DNA of 64,000 nucleotides from a virus. Shown here piece after piece: positions 58,133 through 64,000 of the stretch. The stretch's first letter is position 1, and every line of letters begins with the position of its first letter. The position numbers were made by a program, and so were the translations under genes. The stretch is from the IMG/VR virus record IMGVR_UViG_3300021226_000189. One strand, given 5' to 3'. The notes beneath the pieces are model-generated. The model ran no database searches. It had not been told where the DNA came from and was given only the letters and a program-made list of their open reading frames with translations.

Positions 58133-58987
58133 ATGCAGAAAATTTTCGCATGGGTTAATTCTGATTTGGATGGTATTGGTTCTACCGTCCTCTTGGGTAA
58201 TTTATTTAAAAATTTCGAGTATCGTCACTGCTTTTTTGGTAAATTTGAGGAGCAATACCTACCTTGGGTTAAAGAAAATGCAGAAGATTACGATAAAATC
58301 TTCGTAGTTGGTATGGTTCTTGATCAAAATCTGGTAAAAAAGATTGACGATCACCGTGTTGTGTTCATTTCAGACCGTCCTGATGACTTCAAAACATGGG
58401 ATTCCACCAAAATTCAGGAAGAATGCTCATCCTGCACCAAACTTTTATATAAAAAGTTCAAAGAAAAGGTGGAATTTACTAAGAATTTGAAAAAATTCTT
58501 TCTTTACGTGGATGATTACAACTCCTACAACCTAAAACACGAGGAAACCAAGTATTTGAATGCTCTTTATCGTAAATCGGGAGGAAATCGTTTCATTAAT
58601 TTTGTAAATCGCTTCTGGAACGGGTTCGACGGTTTCACCACTGCGGAAGTTAAGCTTGCGGAAGGATTTTTTAAAGAATTAGAGAAGGAATTAGAAGAAA
58701 TCACGCTATATTCAGGTGAATGGGAAAAATTCAAGGTCATTTCCACCATTTCCAAGTTCTCTGTGAACGAATTATCTCATTCCATCATGGAAAATTATCC
58801 AGCAGATGTGGTGATTGTGATGAATCCAGACACTCAATTCGTTTCCTTTAGAAAATACAAAGGTTCGGAGGTTGACATTGCTAAAATGGCTGCTAATCTG
58901 TGTGACGGTGGTGGTGGCGAATGGGCATCAGGAGGTAAAATCACCAAGGAATTTTTGAAATTTAGTGAAACACTTACGGAGATATAA
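58133..58987 (+). CDS. DHH/DHHA1-like phosphoesterase, degenerate
   Basis: SDLDGIGS, VDDYNSY, VSFRK, GGGGEWASGG. No DHH triad visible. ATG at 58133 follows TTGACA at 58101. Confidence 0.6.
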   Translation: MQKIFAWVNSDLDGIGSTVLLGNLFKNFEYRHCFFGKFEEQYLPWVKENAEDYDKIFVVGMVLDQNLVKKIDDHRVVFISDRPDDFKTWDSTKIQEECSSCTKLLYKKFKEKVEFTKNLKKFFLYVDDYNSYNLKHEETKYLNALYRKSGGNRFINFVNRFWNGFDGFTTAEVKLAEGFFKELEKELEEITLYSGEWEKFKVISTISKFSVNELSHSIMENYPADVVIVMNPDTQFVSFRKYKGSEVDIAKMAANLCDGGGGEWASGGKITKEFLKFSETLTEI

Positions 58988-59673
58988 TGAAATTATACGA
59001 AATCCAACATATCAATCAGGATCACAATCCCAATAAACAGATGGGAGAGGAATTAAGATTTGTTTCTCAAGTATCTAATATTTCTGAAAAATTTTATCCA
59101 GCAGAGAAACAACCCAAAGATTACGATCATGTGCGTAGATTGACACACATGTTATTTTTAGCGTGGAATGATAGTAACCCCTTGGAAGGAACTGTTTATC
59201 TTGGAGAATTTTATAATCCAGAATCGGAAGATGAAAAATTTTATAGATTTTTTGAGGAATTTAATAAATTTCCTATTAATGAGACACAGAAATCTATGTA
59301 TCACCGTATTAAAAAAGGGTGGCATACTATTGGTGGAAGAAGATGTGGTGCTACCACATTACTATTGACAATCGCAGCATATGAAGCAGCGATTAATGAT
59401 AAATTCGTGGTTTATTTAGCACATACTGAATATACAGCTACTCTATATAATATAGAATTTCACAATAAAATGTATCACACACAATTTGTATTCAACCTAA
59501 AAAAAGTTCAATTTAGAACATGTATGACTGACATGAATATTTTTAGAGGACATTCTAATGTGAGAGTCATATTTGATAATATAGGATATTGTAAATTTTT
59601 TAAATATGGTCAATATAAAAATATCACTAAACCAATCCGCGACTTTAAACAATTTTCAATTGATACATTTTAA
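58987..59673 (+). CDS. Hypothetical protein with a degenerate P-loop
   Basis: IGGRRCGATTLLL resembles a Walker A lacking the Lys. Confidence 0.5.
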   Translation: MKLYEIQHINQDHNPNKQMGEELRFVSQVSNISEKFYPAEKQPKDYDHVRRLTHMLFLAWNDSNPLEGTVYLGEFYNPESEDEKFYRFFEEFNKFPINETQKSMYHRIKKGWHTIGGRRCGATTLLLTIAAYEAAINDKFVVYLAHTEYTATLYNIEFHNKMYHTQFVFNLKKVQFRTCMTDMNIFRGHSNVRVIFDNIGYCKFFKYGQYKNITKPIRDFKQFSIDTF

Positions 59674-59675
59674 TT

Positions 59676-59960
59676 ATGAACTTTGATCCATCATCAGAAA
59701 TTGTGGGGGAGGAGACCACACATCTTTTTCTCTGTTATTGCACATTTATTAATCACCTTAAAGGTAAAAAATTATCCATTCAGAATGTTTTCGTTGCAAC
59801 TCTCCAAGAAGAAAAGTTGAAAACGATTTTGAAAACAATTTTATCTCTTGACTCTGATCAAGAACTTGTTAAAGTGTTTCTTGATTATGATCCGACTATT
59901 TCGCGTAGTAAGTTCATCACGAAATACATTAACTCGGAACAGAAAAAGAAAAGAAAATGA
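59676..59960 (+). CDS. Hypothetical protein
   Basis: 94-aa ORF in the operon. Confidence 0.6.
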   Translation: MNFDPSSEIVGEETTHLFLCYCTFINHLKGKKLSIQNVFVATLQEEKLKTILKTILSLDSDQELVKVFLDYDPTISRSKFITKYINSEQKKKRK

Positions 59961-60175
59961 CGAAACCAGAAGATATCATTACCTTTGGTAAATACAAAGG
60001 TAAATCATTCGAAGAAATTTCTGATATTGAACCATTGTATATTCTGTGGTTGGATGAAAATGTTGATAGTGTTAAGTTACCTAAAAAATGGGTTGAACTG
60101 GTCGAATGGGATGTGAGGGATCAAGAAGAAATACTATTAGATGCTTGGTGTGATTGGTATGCGAGATATGACTGA
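59957..60175 (+). CDS. DUF3820 / ExoX C-terminal-like small protein
   Basis: ITFGKYKGK......P.YILWL. Confidence 0.75.
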   Translation: MTKPEDIITFGKYKGKSFEEISDIEPLYILWLDENVDSVKLPKKWVELVEWDVRDQEEILLDAWCDWYARYD

Positions 60176-60797
60176 TTTTCAAAAAAGAATTTACAACTCC
60201 CACCTTGCGATTTCTCGTAAGATGCGCGATAAACCATTTCGGATTCGTAAGGATTTCTCTGATATGGATCAGACTAAAATTGATCAACTTGCCAGTCTGG
60301 AGAGATTTTTCAACAGCTATCAAAATGTAAAAATTGATGACTATTTTTCTGCTCCTTATGTGATTTTCGAGGATGATGACTACTTTGATTTGGATTTTTT
60401 CTTGACTTCCAAAGCAAAGAAAGTATACTCTCAATACATGAAGAAAATCGAGACGGATGATCCCGATTCGGAAACTTCTCTCAGACGATTAGTGGATAGT
60501 CTTAAATTTGTCAGAGACTTTTGTAAAGAAAAGGGCTTGACTTTGGAGAAATATCCGTTATATATTGAGAACGCTTTACCAAATATTATTGATCATTTGA
60601 AGAATCATCGTATAAATATGTATACGCTCCATGCTTTAGGTGTTTCAAAAATCGAGGTAGAGAGTCGTATTCTGGATTTTATTTTCTCAGACTTTTGGAT
60701 TACGTTTCAAAAAACGAAAAACAAATTTTATCTGTCGAAAAAAATGAAGGAATTATCAAAACAAGCATTGACTAAAATACAAAATCAACTACAATAA
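60165..60797 (+). CDS. Hypothetical protein (position as for the helicase loader gp59)
   Basis: Helical, immediately upstream of gp32. Identity rests on synteny only. Confidence 0.5.
   Translation, partial: DMTDFQKRIYNSHLAISRKMRDKPFRIRKDFSDMDQTKIDQLASLERFFNSYQNVKIDDYFSAPYVIFEDDDYFDLDFFLTSKAKKVYSQYMKKIETDDPDSETSLRRLVDSLKFVRDFCKEKGLTLEKYPLYIENALPNIIDHLKNHRINMYTLHALGVSKIEVESRILDFIFSDFWITFQKTKNKFYLSKKMKELSKQALTKIQNQLQ
60768..60795 (+). promoter_or_regulatory. sigma70-like promoter TTGACT-N16-TACAAT
   Basis: Upstream of gp32. Confidence 0.6.
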
Positions 60798-60809
60798 CTA
60801 AACAACAAT

Positions 60810-61727
60810 ATGGCAACAAAAACAAAAAGCAAATTCGGCGCAGCTATGTTCGATTCGATCAAAGCAGCATTAAACAAGAACAGTGAGTCATCTGGTGGAC
60901 AATTCTCAAATATCATGAGTTTTCCCGCTGGTTATACTTACACTCTTCGATTGATTCCAAACGTGGAAGACCCTGAAAAGACTCTCTTCCATCATTGGGT
61001 ACATGGTTGGAATAGTAAGGCGACTGGCTCTTACATGAGTTTCTTAGGTCTTCAAACATTTGGTGATCGTGATCCGATTTCTGAATTGCGTTGGAAGCTT
61101 TGGAAAGCATGGAAAGAAGTTAATCCAAAAGTGGAGAATAAAGAATATAAAGCTGAAATCACCCAAAAAGAACAATGGTTGGTGAATGTTTATGTGATTG
61201 ATGATCCAGCTAAACCTGAAAACAATGGCACTGTCAAGATTCTTCGTATGGGTCCTCAACTCAAGAAGATTATTGATGATGCTACTGAAGGTGAGCGTTC
61301 CGATGAACTTGGTTGGGATATCTTTGATCCTACTAAAGGACACGATTTCAAAATCGTAGTTGAAAAGAAAGGTGATTACACTACATTCGAGCGTTCTTTC
61401 ATCACCACTAAGTCCAAAACCGTTTTGGATGAGGAGGAAATTGATAAGATCTGTGAATCTCTTCATGATTTGGAAGCAATTTATTCTGTGAAAACTTATG
61501 ATGAACTTCAAGAAGTTCTCAATGAACACTTCTTCGTTGGTGAAGAAAAAGAAGAGCGCAAACCCTTGGCTAAAGCTAAAAAAGAGGTGGTTGTGACTGA
61601 AGATGAGGATGAAGATGATGACATTCCCATGTTTCACGAAAAACCCAAAGCGGTAGCGACAACTAAAAAGAAAGTAGTCGATGATGATGAAGATATTGAT
61701 GATCTTCTCGCTGGTTTAGACAACTAA
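60810..61727 (+). CDS. gp32: Single-stranded DNA-binding protein (T4 gp32)
   Basis: LRLIP, NVYVIDDP..PENNGTV, FDPTKGHDFKI, acidic tail DDIDDLLAGLD. Confidence 0.92.
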   Translation: MATKTKSKFGAAMFDSIKAALNKNSESSGGQFSNIMSFPAGYTYTLRLIPNVEDPEKTLFHHWVHGWNSKATGSYMSFLGLQTFGDRDPISELRWKLWKAWKEVNPKVENKEYKAEITQKEQWLVNVYVIDDPAKPENNGTVKILRMGPQLKKIIDDATEGERSDELGWDIFDPTKGHDFKIVVEKKGDYTTFERSFITTKSKTVLDEEEIDKICESLHDLEAIYSVKTYDELQEVLNEHFFVGEEKEERKPLAKAKKEVVVTEDEDEDDDIPMFHEKPKAVATTKKKVVDDDEDIDDLLAGLDN

Positions 61728-61737
61728 TCCTCAACCC

Positions 61738-61768
61738 ACCCTCTCCATCAATCAGTGGAGAGGGTTTC
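61738..61768 (+). terminator. Intrinsic terminator-like hairpin after gp32
   Basis: ACCCTCTCCA / 8-nt loop / TGGAGAGGGT (10-bp perfect stem); the T-tail is short. Confidence 0.7.
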
Positions 61769-61782
61769 CCCTTTAATAAATT

Positions 61783-62244
61783 ATGAGTAATATTCCCGAA
61801 GAAATCGAAGCAATGGCATTTTTGATTGGTCAATCCAAACAGATGGATGATCTGTGGGTTGATAGACCTGACACATTAGTGACAGATACCTCAACATTGA
61901 AAAGAGGTATGAGTGATTATATCCAACAACAGAGACGGATACAACAACCGCAAGTCGCGTTACCAACACATCCTCTCCAATATCCACAAGTTCCACAACC
62001 ACCCATTGTTCCAATTCCTAATTATGTCCCACCACAGGAATTACCCCAAGTCCAGCAAAAAGTGGATGACGGGCAATTGGAACTGAATTTCGAACCAACT
62101 AAAGTGGATGAAATTATTATTTTGTTGAAAGAAATTTCTACAAAATTGACAAAACAGAATAATATGCTAGAAAAGCATTATGCAAATAAATCTAAACAGA
62201 AAACCCTTTCAGAACCTGTTACTAAGCTTATCCCAAATAAGTGA
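61783..62244 (+). CDS. Hypothetical protein, P/Q-rich centre
   Basis: 153-aa ORF. Confidence 0.65.
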   Translation: MSNIPEEIEAMAFLIGQSKQMDDLWVDRPDTLVTDTSTLKRGMSDYIQQQRRIQQPQVALPTHPLQYPQVPQPPIVPIPNYVPPQELPQVQQKVDDGQLELNFEPTKVDEIIILLKEISTKLTKQNNMLEKHYANKSKQKTLSEPVTKLIPNK

Positions 62245-62887
62245 TACATGCGTTTTGGAAATGAAAGATGATGGCATACATGGAATTTCCTCTAGTGAGG
62301 ACAACTCCATGTATGCTCATGCTTATCTCAAAGGTGATTTTGAGGAACAAAATCTAAATTTACCGTCTCTAAAGAAACTTTCCAAAGCACTTGATATGGT
62401 ATCGTCTGATACTATCAAGTTAAAATTGAATGGTAATCATTTGGAGTATAAAGATAAGCAAATCAAATTCAAATATCATCTACATGAAGATGGTGTTATC
62501 ACTAGACCTAAGTTGTCCTTGGAAAAGATTCGTAATTTTGAATACGGTATCGAATTCGAATTGGATTTTGATTTCCTTTCCAATATTCTCCAGAAATCTT
62601 CTATCACTAATACTAAAAAATTGTATATTTCCACAGAAGATGATCATCTGGTGTGGAAAGTTGGGGATGAAACTGTCCCTAATAGCGATTGTTTGAGCAT
62701 CGTGGGAGATGATGTTGATTTTGAATTAAATTCTTTCATTTTGAAGATTGATAATTTGAAATTATTATCTAAAGTATCGAAGACTGGTAATCTATTTAAG
62801 ATCAACTCTAAGTTAGGTGTTGGTTGTATCATCACGAAGAGTGGTGATTTTGAAATGGAATATATTTTTAGCTCATTGAAGAATTAA
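62180..62887 (+). CDS. gp45: Sliding clamp (T4 gp45 / PCNA-like)
   Basis: Approximately 235 aa with alternating alpha/beta clamp pattern (LNLPSLKKLSKAL, FILKIDNLKLL), near gp32. Confidence 0.7.
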   Translation: MQINLNRKPFQNLLLSLSQISDTCVLEMKDDGIHGISSSEDNSMYAHAYLKGDFEEQNLNLPSLKKLSKALDMVSSDTIKLKLNGNHLEYKDKQIKFKYHLHEDGVITRPKLSLEKIRNFEYGIEFELDFDFLSNILQKSSITNTKKLYISTEDDHLVWKVGDETVPNSDCLSIVGDDVDFELNSFILKIDNLKLLSKVSKTGNLFKINSKLGVGCIITKSGDFEMEYIFSSLKN

Positions 62888-62889
62888 TC

Positions 62890-63096
62890 ATGGACGAAGA
62901 TACAAAATTACAGATAGAAGATGCGAGAGCGACTATTCAAGCTCTCGATCATCAGCAACAGGAAATCTACAATAGTATCAAACATTTAGTCGATCCCGAT
63001 ATCGAGGATTATCTGTGGGACTATTGTTTTAATTGTGAATTCGGTAAAAAAACAGAATTCACCACAAGAATAAAAGAAATTATTTATGGCGATTAA
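62890..63096 (+). CDS. Hypothetical protein
   Basis: 68-aa ORF. Confidence 0.55.
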   Translation: MDEDTKLQIEDARATIQALDHQQQEIYNSIKHLVDPDIEDYLWDYCFNCEFGKKTEFTTRIKEIIYGD

Positions 63097-63340
63097 CGAA
63101 ATTACAGGGAAAGTTATTAAAACATCACCACAGAATTCAGCATATTCTGATGGATGGGATAAAGTATTTGCTAAAAAATCAGCACACGAGTGGCTCAAAA
63201 CCATGCCAGATGTCCGAATGATGGACCCTGATGGCTGGAGACAGAATGATGGTGTCGATATGGATACACCTATCAAATGGTCTGATTTTCAAAAACGTTT
63301 GAATATGTCAACAATTCTTTTTAAGAATCTCAATGTATAA
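63086..63340 (+). CDS. Hypothetical protein
   Basis: 84-aa ORF with NEITGKVIKT...YSDGWDKVF and MMDPDGW. Confidence 0.6.
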   Translation: MAINEITGKVIKTSPQNSAYSDGWDKVFAKKSAHEWLKTMPDVRMMDPDGWRQNDGVDMDTPIKWSDFQKRLNMSTILFKNLNV

Positions 63341-63731
63341 CTTATTCTTAGATGATGTTCGTAGACCCAAAGAAGCATTTCTTTATGGGGAAGGTAAAAT
63401 GTTATGTGAATACTCTGGTGTTCCCAATGGTTGTTGGGAGATCGTGAGGAATTATGATGATTTCGTGAAAATTCTCAACGAAAAAGGACTACCGAGAGCA
63501 ATTTCTTTTGATTGTGATTTGGCGAAAGAACATGTGCAACATTACATGTCAGAAAGTTTAATAACAGGTGTGTATGAGTGGGAAAATTTTCAAAATAAAT
63601 GTGGTATCCACTGTGCAAAATATTTGAAATCTATATTGTCCGATAAAGATGATGTTAGAATATTCATTCACTCTGCTAATGAGTTAGGCAGGGGGATAAT
63701 TAAAAATATACTATCGCAATGGATATTTTAA
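63333..63731 (+). CDS. Cyclic-phosphate-processing receiver-like domain protein
   Basis: LFLDDVRRP, VRNYDDF, ISFDCDL, G..CAKYL, HSAN. Confidence 0.7.
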   Translation: MYNLFLDDVRRPKEAFLYGEGKMLCEYSGVPNGCWEIVRNYDDFVKILNEKGLPRAISFDCDLAKEHVQHYMSESLITGVYEWENFQNKCGIHCAKYLKSILSDKDDVRIFIHSANELGRGIIKNILSQWIF

Positions 63732-64000
63732 TAATGGGGGACTAGTATCCATCCTTTATGAATACCCGATTTTGTTGGTTTATTATTCTTTCCTGCTCTT
63801 CTCAATACATTTGGATTAAAATTTTTATTTCGACAAAATTCGTTTATATCATGTGTTGAATACTCTTCACCAGTTAGAACATTTCTAATGATTCGTTTAG
63901 TGTTTTCAAATGCTTTTATATTATCTGTAAATTTCTTATATTTTCTATCCAATCTAATTGATTCGGTGGAATCTTTATACACCCATTTTAAAAAATTAAA
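63728..64000 (-). CDS. C-terminal fragment, probably a homing-endonuclease DNA-binding module; runs off the window edge
   Basis: Frame is open to position 64000. INEFCRNKNF...KSGIHKGW resembles NUMOD-type tails. Confidence 0.45.
   Translation of the reverse strand, partial: FNFLKWVYKDSTESIRLDRKYKKFTDNIKAFENTKRIIRNVLTGEEYSTHDINEFCRNKNFNPNVLRRAGKNNKPTKSGIHKGWILVPHY

Noticed and set aside
503-62835. Numerous short antisense or alternative-frame ORFs in the track (e.g. 503..748, 4044..4445, 30670..31143, 61044..61637)
   Set aside because: They are shadows of well-supported genes on the other strand or frame, with no motifs or promoters.

Overview
This window is part of a large, AT-rich T4-like (Tevenvirinae/Kyanoviridae-like) myophage genome; the host cannot be determined from the sequence. 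Left arm, mostly minus strand: head genes (gp22 partial, gp67/68-like, gp21, gp4, gp20), three paralogous fibre genes, gp13, a gp15 fused to a trypsin-like protease, an AAA ATPase, a DinG-like helicase, a GroES-like protein, an approximately 11.4 kb glycan-synthesis cluster, phoH and a block of late hypothetical genes. An AT-rich repeat-containing gap at 35.3-35.7 kb marks the strand switch and is an origin candidate. Right arm, mostly plus strand: replication, recombination and transcription genes (uvsY, uvsW, gp55, gp47, gp46, gp43, uvsX, gp41, gp32, gp45) and three orphan DNA methyltransferases. Two promoter classes are visible: late TAAATA boxes, and sigma70-like TTGACA-N16-TAnnnT. The most notable observations are: (1) a dispersed set of late-promoter cassettes whose short leaders end in a gp21-type [I/L/F]-x-E site and which carry effector-like domains (GNAT, ADP-ribosyltransferase-like, Cys-His-Asp hydrolase, retropepsin); (2) one such GNAT cassette sits inside gp46 and splits it exactly at the zinc hook; (3) the gp15-serine protease fusion. 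All protein family calls come from motif recognition by eye; no database searches were run.
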